This document shows, one piece after another, positions 13,439 to 25,785 of a stretch of DNA of 64,000 bases (its first letter is position 1; each line of letters begins with the position of its first letter). Source of the stretch: Octopus bimaculoides (lineage: Eukaryota); assembly GCF_001194135.2 (NCBI RefSeq), contig NC_068984.1, forward strand, positions 16,746,757 to 16,810,756, given 5' to 3'. The notes under the pieces were generated by a model, which was given only the letters and a program-made list of their open reading frames with translations, did not search any database and was not told the origin of the DNA. Both the position numbers and the translations under genes were made by a program.

Positions 13439-14776
13439 GTATGTATTGATTTTATGTAATATTATTAATTACCTTAATGAGTTATTATTGTGCCTGAATA
13501 TTTTGTTCACTAAAAAAACAAACAAATAACTAATAAATTAATTTTCTATCTGATTTTTTAAACGAGCTGATATCTACATACAATCATGTAGTATAGAAAA
13601 AAATATGCTATGTAATTTAGAAGTGAGCTTGTATATAATCATAAAATTTGGTCATTAACTTTCATAAAAATTCATTATTCAACTCTATGAACACTGAAAC
13701 ATCATTTAAAACTTATTCCTAACTTCATCAATTACTTTATTTGGCTTCTTTTTAATGGAAACCTTTTGTGGGGAGACAATTTGTTCTGCAGATATTGTTG
13801 ATGAAAACTTTCTAGAAAGTTGAAGAAAATTAAACTTAGAAGAAAATGTTTGTCTGGGTTATGTACAATATGTTCCAAATTTATTTAAATTTACTTCATA
13901 TGTATATACTGTTAATTCTCCCCCTTTACCATTTAAACTGACCATATCTGGCCCAAATATTCTGTTTTATGTTCAAACAAGCCAGATCTGGTCTCTCACA
14001 TTTACCCTACAATGTCATTCTAAAAATAAACAATCACATCATTGAGATCTCAAAGCTACAAGATAATGCATGATTTATTCAAAATAATGTGAATAAGTAT
14101 TACACTTGACAGAGTAGTCTGAATGCTGAAAGGTTAGAATGTACAGTGCTGAAAAAAGAAACCAGTTACCATATTTCTGTTGAGATGCTCTGTGTTTCTT
14201 TCAATTAATTTTAAATATAACAAAGAATTTAGTAAAATAACATAGTTATCATTAAGCTGATGTTAGGAACATAAACTGTGACTAAGGTTTGGTGGAAGAT
14301 TTTAATTCAAAACTTATGAAAACAAGACATTTGTTCCACAGAGGCAGTTTCAGCCAGGTTGGTATCGAAAGGGTTAAAGGATTAACTTTGTTATACATGA
14401 ATATATTTGCTTTCTTCAATAAGAAACAGCCTATATTGTCATAAACAGAAGTGCTTCTAATTTACTGTGAAAGGGCTGATCAGTTAATATGCCAACAAAA
14501 AGTTATTGTTCTTAAGGCAGAATAACCTGACAATTGTTGTAGATCTTTAAGATTTGCTTTTCCTTTGAATGATGTCTTTCATTTTTGACCAGCAAATGGG
14601 TCATTTGTTTAGAGACTGTTTATCATGTATTACCAGACACTCACACAGGCACACACAGATACAATATCACACACACATTTAAGTACTTAGAATATTTTAT
14701 TCCCTTATTTCCATTTCTTATAAATATTGTAAACGGATTTTAAATTTCAGTGTTTCTTATTATTTTTAAATGTACT

Positions 14777-15002
14777 AAGGTGGCAAGCCGGCAGAATCAT
14801 TAGCATGCCAGACAAAATGCTTAGCGGTATTTCGCCTGTCACCATGTTCTGAGTTCAAATTCCACCGAGGTTGACTTTACCTTTCATCCTTTCGGGGTTG
14901 ATAAAATAAGTACCAGTTGAACACTGGGGTCGATGTAATCGACTCATCCCCTCCCCAAAAATTGCTACCCTTCTGGCAAAATTTGAAGCCATTATTATTA
15001 TA
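14777..15002 (+). mobile_element. SINE-A (tail 2, (ATT)n end)
   Basis: Same head and core, tail CCCCTCCCCAAAAATTGCT...AAATTTGAAGCCATTATT; second copy 27067-27295. Confidence 0.85.
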
Positions 15003-15079
15003 AGTATTTATTGATGTTACCCATCTTGGATTTGTAAATTTTGTTTGTAATTCTTAACATGACCTTTTCTCTGTATCAG

Positions 15080-15220
15080 TTCTCCAAACACCAGATTCCG
15101 GTGGTTTCAGCACACCGAAAGTCCTCGAGGTGATATTTGGGCCTTGGATAATGTATATCTAGGAGCAGGTTGTCCTTGGTTATGTTCAGGCCATGGCTAC
15201 TGTGATCAAGGGAAATGTAT
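15080..15220 (+). CDS. RELN: Reelin exon 2 (end of repeat 4A, start of EGF)
   Basis: ctgtatcag acceptor, gtgagt donor; SPNTRFRWFQHTESPRGDIWALDNVYLGAGCPWLCSGHGYCDQGKC; 141 nt, phase 2/2; absent from ORF track. Confidence 0.96.
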
Positions 15221-15804
15221 GTGAGTAATGTTTTTATTTATTCATTGTTTTAGCCTCTACATTTCTAGAAAACCTGTTTAATTCTGGTAAGGATACATCA
15301 TCTTCCTCATCATCATCATCATCATCTAATATGTTTTCCCTGCTGACATGAGTTTAACTGTTTGATAGGACCTAGCTAGCTGCAAAGCTACACTGAGCTC
15401 CTATGTCAGCTTTGGCATAGTTTCTACAGTATGGCTGGATGCCCTTCCTGCTGCCAACCATTTTACAGTGTGTATTGGGTGCTTTTTTTGTGCCATTGGT
15501 ACAAGTGAGGTTGTCAAGTAACTTTCAAAACAGGAAAAAAAATGCTTATTCAATGTTCTTTCATAAACTCTAATCAATGATTTAGTTTCTACTATTAGGA
15601 CACTAAATGGTACTCCATCAGTTATGACAATGAGGGTTCCAGTTGATCCAATCAATGGAAAAGCCTACTTGTGAAATTAACATACAGTTGGCTGAGCACT
15701 CCACAGACACATTCCCCCTTAATGTAGTTCTCTGCCAGCTCCTTCTCAAATTAGTTAGTTAATCTACATTACTCCATAAGGAGCAAAGGGCCACAAACAT
15801 TTCA

Positions 15805-16200
15805 TGCCAATTGAGGTAGCCCAAGGAAATAGGCTACCTCCTTGATTTCAGACCAAGAGAGACTGATTGCTTTTGCTTCAACCTTCATGCATCCTTTCCA
15901 GGTCTTCTTAGGTTGTCCAACCATGCTCTTTCCTTCAGATTGCCAGTCTGACATTTGTCTTGCAATGTTGCTTTCAGGTCTCCTTAGAGTGTGATCAATC
16001 TCGCCCCATTTCCTTTTCAGAATTTCTTGATTGATGGGAGTTTGGGTTATTTCTGTCTCAGACTTCTGTTTGAAATTTTGTCTGGCAACCAGATCTTGAG
16101 GAGGTAGCACAAACATTTGTGTTCTCAGATTAGATACACTAAATCTATTTTCTACTCTTTCAAGCAGCACTATTTTATCTCCACAATCCATCCACCTCCA
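15805..16200 (-). mobile_element. Old RTE LINE C-terminal fragment (second RTE family)
   Basis: EILKRKWGEIDHTLRRPESNIARQMSDW...GQPKKTW resembles RTE W.WIGHTLR...GRPK.TW. Confidence 0.75.
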
Positions 16201-16380
16201 GTGACTTCTATCACAGATATTTTTTCAAAATCATTTTGCATTCTTTATCATTTCCCATGATTCCTACTACACTTCGTATTTTCTTTCAAGTAGGTTTATC
16301 ATCTAACACACCAAATTAACAATCTTCAATTTGTTTTGTTGTTGTTATGTTTTAGATTTGTTTGTATTTTTTTTCACCAG

Positions 16381-16558
16381 ATGTGATAAGGGTTTTCTGC
16401 CACCCAATTGCGTACCTGAAAAAACTCTACGAATGAATCTAAGAGACGATTTTAGTTCTGAAAGTCTTGACTACAATAAATGGCAAGAATTATATGGAGG
16501 TGAAGTTTCTGACATATGTGGCCACTTGGTATCAGGAAATTCCTTAGTATTTGCAAAG
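16381..16558 (+). CDS. RELN: Reelin exon 3 (EGF end, repeat 4B start); GC donor
   Basis: tttcaccag acceptor; CDKGFLPPNCVPEKTLRMNLRDDF...CGHLVSGNSLVFAK; ends AAG|gcaagt, phase 0 matching next exon. Confidence 0.9.
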
Positions 16559-17475
16559 GCAAGTTCTTATAAACCATTATTACATTCCATTTCATGTTTA
16601 GAAAGTAAAATAAGGACATTTTAAAACAGACAAATACCTGATGGTATTGAGCTTAACCCTTTTGTTACCTACAATGGACTGGCATCCCATCCAGTGCTGG
16701 GTGTGGGTGGAATATATGCACCAGAGAAACCAGGAAACTGGCCCTATGAGTTTATATGACTTGGAAAGGATCTTCATCCTATTGTTATATTCTTTTGTCA
16801 CCATATTTCTGCTGAAATATACTGCATTAGATTCAATCAATTTTCAATCAAAAAAATTATGAAGAATTTAGTAAAACAACTGTCATTATTAAGCTGGTGT
16901 TTAGAATATAAACTGACATAAAATTCTGATAAAAGGTTTCAACTTAGATCACTCTAAAACAGGAAGTTTATATCCTGCAACCAAGGGCAGTGTCAAGTAA
17001 GTTGATATTGAAGAAGTTAAAATCCTATAACCAGTCTGAACAAAATAAAAGAGAGGCAATCCAGGATACTCTGTTTGAAAAATCATTATTCTATCACTTA
17101 CAATTAATAAATAACCCTATGATAAAGAGCTAATGAGGGAGGTGGTGATCTCTATGTTGTTGTTCAACTTGCTAGAAATAACAGCTAAATCATTTTCAAA
17201 TCACACCTTATCATCTTAAAATGATAAAACATTCATATACAAAATGGCAGGATAATGACCACTGGTATGTCTTTGATCAGAGCTGCCCTGGGGTTAAATA
17301 GAAACAATTGTAAATTGTATTAGTAAAAGCATGGTTGTGTCATTAAGAAACTCACTTTGCAACCATGTGTTTTCAGGTTTAATCCTACTGCATGGCACTT
17401 TGAATAAGTGCCTTCTATTGTAGCCCCTGGGCCAATTAATTCTTGGTGATTGAATTTGGTAGACAGAAACTGTGT

Positions 17476-17707
17476 GGCGGCGAGCTGGCAGAAACGTTTG
17501 CATGCCAGGCGAAATGCTAAGCAGTATTTCGCCTGCCGTTACGTTCTGAGTTCAAATTCTGCCGAGGTCGACTTTGCCTTTCATCCTTTCAGGGGTCGAT
17601 AAATTAAGTACCAGTTATGCACTGGGGTCGATGTAATCGACTTAATCCGTTTGTCTGTCCTTGTTTTTCCCCTCTATGTTTAGCCCCTTGTGGGCAATAC
17701 AGAAACA
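17476..17707 (+). mobile_element. tRNA-derived SINE-A (tail 1) nested in a SINE-B; 11-bp TSD
   Basis: A-box-like TGGCAGAAACGTT, B-box GTTCAAATTC; TSD agaaactgtgt at 17465-17475 and 17708-17718. Confidence 0.9.
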
Positions 17708-18202
17708 AGAAACTGTGTAGAAGCTTGTGTGTTTGTATTTGTCCCTCATTGCTTGACAACTGTTGTTGGTTTGTTTACATCTCTATAACTCAGTGGTTCA
17801 GCAAAGGAGACCAATAGAATAAGTACCAGACTAAGAAAATAAGTACTGGGGTTGATTTGCTCAATTACGCCTTCACTGCACCATGGCTGCAATCCATCCT
17901 GTGAATGGAACATGTAAACAATATAAGAAAGGTATAGCCATGGGATCAAGAAGCTTGCTTTACAACCATACAGCTTCAGGTTTGACCCCACTGTACAGGT
18001 GCTTGAAGTCCTGAATTAACCAATGCCTTGTGAATGGAATTTAAGTAGACAGAAGCTCTGCAGAAGCTTGTCATAGATAAATGTATAGACACACAGATGG
18101 ACAGATGAATGGATGGATAGACAGATGGTAGTTTGTGTCTGTGTCCACTGGTGTAAAAATGTTATGTTTAATTACATCCCTTTACATCAAAAGATAACTT
18201 AA

Positions 18203-18424
18203 CCCTTTCGATACCAACCTGGCTGAAACTGCCTCTGGCTCTGCAGTATAAATGTCTTGTTTTCATAAGTTTTGAATTAAAATCTTCCACCAAACTTTAG
18301 TCTCAATTTATGTTCCTAACACTAGCTTAATGATAACTAAGTTATTTTATTAAATTCTTTGTTATATTTAAAATCAATTGAAAGAAACAGAGAGCATCTC
18401 AAAATAAATACGGTAATGAAAGGG
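18203..18424 (+). mobile_element. piggyBac-like MITE family E (TTAA TSD, CCCTTT...AAAGGG ends)
   Basis: TTAA at 18199-18202 and 18425-18428; related copies 14165-14373-, 16790-17000-, 22633-22830-, 30275-30708-, 63774-63950-. Confidence 0.85.
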
Positions 18425-18959
18425 TTAACCATTTGATAAAAAGAGGGCGATAAACTAGGTACCAATTCAAAATAAGTATAGAGTCAATATGATCAAACAA
18501 AGCCCCTGAAGCCAGAAACCCAGCATAGTCTGTTTGTCTTACTTTTATAAGGTAAATGAAATATTTAATTCAATAGTCATTTGTATAGTATACTTAATGT
18601 ATACACACAGCTGATAAGGCCAGTTATTCCAGCATTTGCCCTGATATATCATCACTTGCAGTGTTAAAAACACAAATATTATCCCAGTAGTGGCGAGCAA
18701 GAGCTCAAGATGAATTTCAGCTTTTTGTGCCTTTCAATGATATGTACTTGCAACCAGCCCCATTAAAGCATGTGGTTGGCTGTGAATACACATCACAGAA
18801 GAGACCCAAAAAGTGCAAAATGCAGAAGAGGCCCAAAAAGGGCATCTGGCACTCTTGCTGATCATTGCTAGAGTGTTTTTGTCTCCCTCTGATATTTATT
18901 GTTTTTAACACAGCATGTCCATAATCTTGTGAAGGATCCACCAGATTCATATCCAGTCA

Positions 18960-19330
18960 ATGATTCACCAGATTTCACATCCAGCCAACGATTCTACTCT
19001 GAAACTGGGTTGTGTCTTATTACTTATATGATTTGGGAGTGTCAGCTCAGACTGTTTGGCCATGTTGCTCAATTTTCCAAGTTAGTCTGCTTAATGTCTC
19101 CTCTTCACTGATGATCTGACTGTGTTAACAACTTCTGTTGATTAACCATATGCCACATGGTCACATTAGACAAGGAGGTATCTTGCAGAAATGGAGACTG
19201 ACTGCTCAAAGGTCACCCAGGAGAATTCAGGAATATACTGACAAACAGCAAATGCAGCAGCACACTGCAACAGTGTATTCCCCCACACTTAACCTAACCA
19301 TATCCATAAGAGATGATATCTCAAGATGAA
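18960..19330 (+). mobile_element. Highly decayed LINE fragment
   Basis: CQLRLFGHVA peptide resembles RTE C-terminal RLRWFGHV motif. Confidence 0.45.
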
Positions 19331-19545
19331 TACTGGCTTGTTGATAGTGTGTATACATTAAGTATGATACATAGATGGCAATTTTAATTTAATACTGCCT
19401 CAACTGCTTATACCAGAAAATATCTAATTTAATAATAATGTTCATTTTTCAAGGAAAAAAAAAGAAACTTTCCATATTTGATTATATGGAAGAGGAAATC
19501 TTTCTTCATTCTGAATTGAAACTATGCCCTTTGCCTTCATTATAG

Positions 19546-19745
19546 GATTTACTACGGCTTGTTGTCACAGAGAATATGGACACAACCATGATTAACAATA
19601 TTGAGTTCTTCTTCAAATATGCTTGCAAGGGAGAATCACTTGCATGGCCACGTCGGGAGAGTGTACTGCTGCAATACTCTATTAATGGTGGCATCACGTG
19701 GCATTTACTACAGGAAATCCATTACAAGAATGACTCCAACACACG
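19546..19745 (+). CDS. RELN: Reelin exon 4 (repeat 4B)
   Basis: cattatag acceptor, CG|gtaaat donor; DLLRLVVTENMDTT...SVLLQYSINGGITWHLLQEIHYKNDSNT. Confidence 0.93.
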
Positions 19746-19918
19746 GTAAATGCAATTTTCTTTTTTAATCTTATAACAAAACTTAGGACTTCTAGTTATT
19801 GAACTTGTAACCATTTATCATTTTAATTTATTCTATCATTTGAACTGTTTTCTTTGGTCAACTATCCCTCATTGTATCTATGTTACAAATGATTATTATT
19901 ATTATTATTATTATTTAA

Positions 19919-20161
19919 AGGATTGATGTTACTCCTCCAGAAAATAAAGAAACAATAAGAAGAGTGTGACTGTTATCAAATGAACAATATTTCAACATCT
20001 TGTAGTAACATCAATCTTCTAAAAATTACCAAACTGAAGTAGATTGAGATGTTTATTTTGAACTTGTGGAAGACGCACGAGATGTCAAAATATTGTTCAT
20101 TCGATAACAGTCACACTCTTCTTATTGTTTCTTTACTTTCTGGAGGAGTAACATCAATCCT
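19919..20161. mobile_element. Foldback MITE, TTAA|AGG...CCT|TTAA ends (Kolobok-like), ~80-bp TIRs
   Basis: aggattgatgttactcctccagaaa...gtgtgactgttatc is mirrored at 20080-20161; TTAA at 19915-19918 and 20162-20165. Confidence 0.75.
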
Positions 20162-20177
20162 TTAAATAATAATATAT

Positions 20178-20340
20178 AGGCGTAGGATTAGCTGTGTGGT
20201 AAGTAGCTTGCTTACAAACCATGTAGTTCTGGGTTCAGTCCCACTGTGTGGCACCTTGGGCAAGTGTCTTCTACTATAGCCTTGGGCCGATCAAAGCCTT
20301 GTGAGTGGATTTGGTAGACGGAAACTGAAAGAAGCCCATC

Positions 20341-20396
<56 letters not shown>

Positions 20397-20600
20397 ATAT
20401 GTTTGTGTGTCTGTGTTTGTTCCCCCAACATCGCATGACAACCGATGCTGGTGTGTTTACATCCCTCGTAACTTAACAGTTTAGTAAAAGAGACAGATAG
20501 AATAAGTACTAGGCTTACAAAGAATGTCCTGGGGTCGATTTGGTCGACTAAAGGCGGTGCTCCAGCATGGCCACAGTCAAATGACTGAAATGAGTAAAAG
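20178..20600 (+). mobile_element. tRNA-derived CORE-type SINE-B with internal (TA)n/(TG)n microsatellite, full length
   Basis: A/B boxes, then GGCACCTTGGGCAAGTG resembling the CORE domain. Other copies or halves: 240-385+, 1790-2142-, 8395-8560+, 11170-11550+, 11735-11960+, 12020-12420-, 17325-17930+, 20820-21030+, 23485-23860+, 26210-26360-, 34250-34420+, 42830-43085-, 43625-43950-, 46075-46620-, 58780-58930-, 60000-60150-. Confidence 0.85.
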
Positions 20601-21146
20601 AGTATATAAATATAAATTAGAAATGGAAACCAAAACAATAAATTGAACAATTAACTAATGGTGTTGAAACAGCTGTAATTTATGTGAGATGTGTCATTTG
20701 TTTGTATAAAATAATAAAATGGACTTGAATTTATCATTTAATGATTAAATTATCTAATTGTTCAATTTATTATTTTGATTTCCATTTCTAATTTATATAT
20801 ATATATATATGTATGTATGTATGTATGCTTTTGTGTTTATCTCTCTCTTCTCCCACTGCTAGACAGCAGTGTTGCTTTGTTTACATCCCCATAACTTAGT
20901 GGTTTCACCAAAAGTGACTCATAGACTAAGTACCAGACTTAAAAGGAACTAAGTACTGGGTTTGATTTGTTTGACTGGACACTTCAAGGCATGAATGAAG
21001 TTCCATAACTAAAGCAAGTAAAAGATAAACAATATACATTTTCGCTTTTGATAAACTTTAACAGCTTGGAAACCGAAATGTTAAGACAATATTTGCATTA
21101 TAGATCTGACATTAATCATTTATGGTTTGTTTTTAATGTTCTTCAG

Positions 21147-21223
21147 CTTCTTCAGTGTATTTTTACCTCCATTAGCCAAAGCCAATGCAACAAAATTCAG
21201 ATTCTGGCAACCAAAGCATGGAG
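21147..21223 (+). CDS. RELN: Reelin exon 5 (repeat 4B)
   Basis: gttcttcag acceptor, G|gttagt donor; FFSVFLPPLAKANATKFRFWQPKHG; phase 2 to phase 1. Confidence 0.92.
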
Positions 21224-21492
21224 GTTAGTAACATAATTTATAATGCAGAAATACGATGTCAATTTGTTGGTTTGTTTTTTTGTTTCTAATTTTAATCTTT
21301 TAACAGTTTGTATGTATGATGAATTGTAGTAGAGTATAAAAATAATTATTTAGTAGTTTATTGAACAAATGAATATTCTTACAGTAGTTATTTTTCAGTT
21401 AGCAGAAAATTTTCTGTCATATAACGTGGTAAAATATTTCTTTAAAAAATATTTTCATAAATTGTTTTTACACATTCATACACACACTCACA

Positions 21493-21523
<31 letters not shown>

Positions 21524-22386
21524 GTGTGTATGTATCTACATATGTGAGTATCTATGTATGTGTGTATGCATCAATGTATGAATGTGAGTATAGGCATGTA
21601 TACATACATGTGGTATGAGTGCATATATATGTATGTTTATACATATATATATGAGAGAGAAAGACAGAGTGAGCAATAGTTAAGTACCATCCAAGGATAT
21701 ATATGTAAACATGGGTTTGTGAGTGAATAACTTAAAAACTGTTGTGGTTTATAATATATCATGTTATTAATGTTTTGTGGAAGTTCATCTGCTAGTTTTG
21801 AAGTTATCTCTATTAAAACACAAAGAAACAAAATCTAACTTTCCTAAGCATGTTGACTCAAAGAAGGTAATGATTTAAGACATTTTCAGTGAAATATTTA
21901 TCACACGTCTTAAAATATTTTCTAATATTAAACAAAGACTACAACAGTTGACACCAAATTTAATAATAGCTACTAAAGTCAAAACTGCAGTATTTTCTCA
22001 ATGTGTTCATTCACATAATTTAGCTTTAGTTCAAAAGTTAGATACTTTTTAGCAAATTTGGTGTGTTTACCAAGATACAGCATGCTGCCAATAGCTAGGG
22101 TCACATAGAATTAATTCCAATATCAACAGGGATATCATGTTTTGCATTATCAGCATATTCAACTAGACTGGTTCAATAAGCTGATAGGTAAAACCTGAAG
22201 TCCTTGTTGACTCAAATGTTATGGTAAATTTGACTCTATTCTCAGGGTTGAGTCACCCTATTTATATATATATTCCATTGTTATTCTTAAACTAGCTTTA
22301 AAATTATAATCCTATTTAGCATTTTCAATATTAAAATTTTTTTCTTCAAGAATTCAAATGAAATTGTTTTGTTGACTTTGTTATAG

Positions 22387-22549
22387 GTTCAATGAAGTCA
22401 ACATGGGCAATAGATAACTTTTTTGTTGGAACTATGACACTCAACCCAAACATGCTTGATGACAAATTTGAAAAACCATCATTAGATCAAGGTCTGTGGC
22501 AGTTTTCAAACAATGGAAAACTTGGGTCATATTGTGAATTCAGCAGACG
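22387..22549 (+). CDS. RELN: Reelin exon 6 (repeat 4B/5A junction)
   Basis: ttatag acceptor, CG|gtacgc donor; SMKSTWAIDNFFVGTMTLNPNMLDDKF...GSYCEFSR. Confidence 0.94.
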
Positions 22550-25236
22550 GTACGCCATTTTACTTGATTTTTTTTCTTCTTTCCAAAAGAAAATAAAAAG
22601 CTTCAAAAACTATCTTGGCTTCCCACTTTAACCCTTTTGTTACCATATTTCTAGCGAAATACACTGCTTTTGTTGTAATTAATTCTGAAAACAATATAAT
22701 TAATTAAATAAAATTGTCATTAAGCTAGTGTTTGAAACAAATTAATATGAAACTTTGATGGAAAGTTTTAATTTAGACTACTTTACAACAGGAAGTTTGT
22801 ATCATAGAGCTCGTGGTAGGTTGATATAAGATTCATTGTAGTAGTGTAGTTATGATTTCCAAAAATCTAGAGTAAGATAAAAAAAATTTCCCTTATATTG
22901 ATGACAAAAGACTATTTCCTGCAAACGAAACATTAACTTATAAGAATAAATTTACATTTAATATAAATAATGCCTCCTCAGTATTCAATGGTTAACTAAA
23001 TCTGGTAGAACAGAATTCTACAAATGCCTTTTTTGATTGACAATTGTCCAGAGATTATTTACTCTTGTGTTTTCATCACCCCTTGCTTGATATATTAACA
23101 AACCATTATCAGAGTGTTATGGAAGAGTCACATAAACGGATATGTAATATTTTAAAATCTTATAATTTTCAAAAATAAGCAACTATGTCAATGTTGGCAA
23201 GGTCTCTCTCTATCAAACATTATAACATTGTGTCTAAGCAGTTGTAGGTAAGTTTCCAATATGTTAGTGTCTAATTGCCTGCAACTACAACTTTTGTAGA
23301 ATTCTGTTGATGCTGCCACCTACAGTTGCTCTCAGAGTAAGAGAGGGAGGGAGAGAGAGTTTATTAAGGAATTATAGTTCCTTTATCAGAAAGACTAATG
23401 CCTGTTGGTCAGAAGGGAAAAATGATTGAAAATTTCAAGTTTCAAAATCATCTTGCAGGGAACAAATTGAATGCCAGTATGGCAGCATGGTTAACAAGCT
23501 CATTTTAAAACCGTGTGATTTCAGGTTCACTCCCACTGTGCGGCACCTTGGGCAAGTGTCTTCTACTATAATCCCATAGCAACCAATACCTTATGTGTGA
23601 GTCTATGCATGTGTGAAGGTGTATATATATAGGTATGTATGTATGTACGTCTTTGTGCCTATATTTGTCCCACCTACTACTTGACAGTGTTGGTTTGTTT
23701 ATGTCCTCCTAACTTAGGAGTCCAGCAAAATAAACGAACAGAATAAGTATAAAACTCAAAAACTAAGTACTGGGGTCAATTTGATCACAAAAAAATCAGT
23801 TCAAGATGGTGCCAGAGCTTAGCTGCAATCCAATGACTAAGACAAGTAAGATATAAAAGAGAAATTCTTCCTTTAGCTTTCTGACTATTATGCTCTTGCC
23901 TCCAGAGATGTCAGCACATTGGGAAGAGGTACTGAGCTGCATAAAGAAGCACTAAGCTCTAATTGTGGAGGGTACCTGTTGAAGGGGTAGACCCAGGAAG
24001 ACATGGGATGAAGGGTGAGAAAGGATCTTTAAATGCTGGGCCTCACTGAAGAAATAACAAGGGATCAGGAGATGTGGCAATTTGCTGTACTTGATAAGAC
24101 ATGACAAGCTAAGCGAAATCGCTGTCTTCCATACATACAGATTTGTCCTTTCAGGTGCCAGTGTCATTAAAAAAGCAGCCATGCCAATGCTGTGTTAACA
24201 CACCTGTACCGGTGTTGTGTAAATGCACCTGTGCTGATGGCATGTAAAAAGCACCCAGCACACTCTGTTAAGTGATTGGTGTTAGTAAGGGCATCCAGCC
24301 ATAGAAGCCATATCTCAACAGACAGCTGGAGTCTGAGCAGCTTCCTGCTAGGCAGCTCAATGTCAGACCATCCAACCCATGCCAGCATGAAAGGTGGACG
24401 TTAAACAGTGATGATGATGATGATGACGATGACGACGACGACGACGACGACGATGACGTATTTATGTGAACAGCAAGCCAGTGGTCAATGGTGAATTTTT
24501 CTGTGGACCAGTTTTATGAATAATTATCTAATGATGGGCATCAGTATGAATTTATTTCTGTCATTCATCAACTGCCTAAACACCAGGAAGTTGTTGAGAT
24601 AATTTACACAGTGTGAGAGGTGACGGGGGTGGGGGGGTATCGTGAGTTTGAAGGAGAGAATCATTTCTAACAAGATTATCTGTAAACCTTGACTCATGCA
24701 CCAGAGGTCAATGCTTTTCAGAATGAAATTCTTTGTATATCTCTGAAGTATTCTGACAATCTGTATGGGCCTGTCTAATTTAATGACTCCATATCATATG
24801 TTATAACAGGAAAACAACAGATATCATTTGATAAAGTTTGATTCCAAACAATACAAAGATATTGATGTTTCAAAACTTTGGAATATTCCAATATAGAAGT
24901 AATGGTAATGATAGTAATGTTATTTATTAGATTATTAATCAGTACTACTAATAACTATGGAATCTGTCTTTAACATCATTAATTCTAAACAATTTACTTT
25001 CAGAATTTGATAGTTCTATACATTCCTTCAGTCTCTTCAATTTCATGCTCCTTTTGCAATTGTTAGCCATTATAGATCAATATTTTTACTGATCTCCTCA
25101 GCCAATTTACATCAATATTTTTCACTGGAAATGTTTGGTTTTAATGTTTTGCAGGTCTTTCTATTCAGTTCTCTGCCAGTTCAACATGTCTGTCATTAAC
25201 AAATATTTTATTGCATGGTGTCTTTGATATTTACAG

Positions 25237-25351
25237 GGAAAGCACTCGAACTGCAGGCAGCTCAGCTTTGGTATTCAAAAGGGGAACTGGAGAACATTCT
25301 ATTGTTACGAGAGATTTGGATATTGGACCTATGTCAGTTGTGCAATTTGAT
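25237..25351 (+). CDS. RELN: Reelin exon 7 (repeat 5A)
   Basis: ttacag acceptor, GAT|gtaaga donor; ESTRTAGSSALVFKRGTGEHSIVTRDLDIGPMSVVQFD. Confidence 0.94.
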
Positions 25352-25545
25352 GTAAGAATATTTATGTTATTATATTAGCTATATTGGTGATATAGAGCTT
25401 TGCAAAGATATTAAATATTGCCTAAAATATAGAGAAAGTATTATACACATCTATTTATTCCTATGGATTTGGTGTGATATGTGTTCTATTAACTTTCAAA
25501 ATGTTTCAATACTATTATACTTTTTGATTTTGAAATATTATAATG

Positions 25546-25785
25546 TTGCAGCATGGAAAGTGTTTATAAACCATTTAAAAATGCACAAAAACCATTAAAT
25601 TCACTTCAATATTTAAATTTAATTTGTCAAAATATTTTCGTCGCTTTGAGGCCGTGACCTGTTCACTGACAGGTTGTGGTCTCAAAGCGACGAAAATATT
25701 TTGACAAATTAAATTTAAATGTTGAAGTGAATCTAACAGTTTTTATGTGTTTTTAAATGGCTTATAAACACCTTCCATGCTGCAA
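25546..25785. repeat. 240-bp hairpin (117-bp arms, 6-nt loop)
   Basis: Arms 25546-25662 and 25669-25785 pair without indels; loop tcactg. Confidence 0.95.

Noticed and set aside
13439-13529. ORF-track extensions beyond exon ends (also 16559-16624, 22550-22631, 33987-34070, 36230-36396, 57347-57493)
   Set aside because: Intron read-through; homology stops at the splice donors
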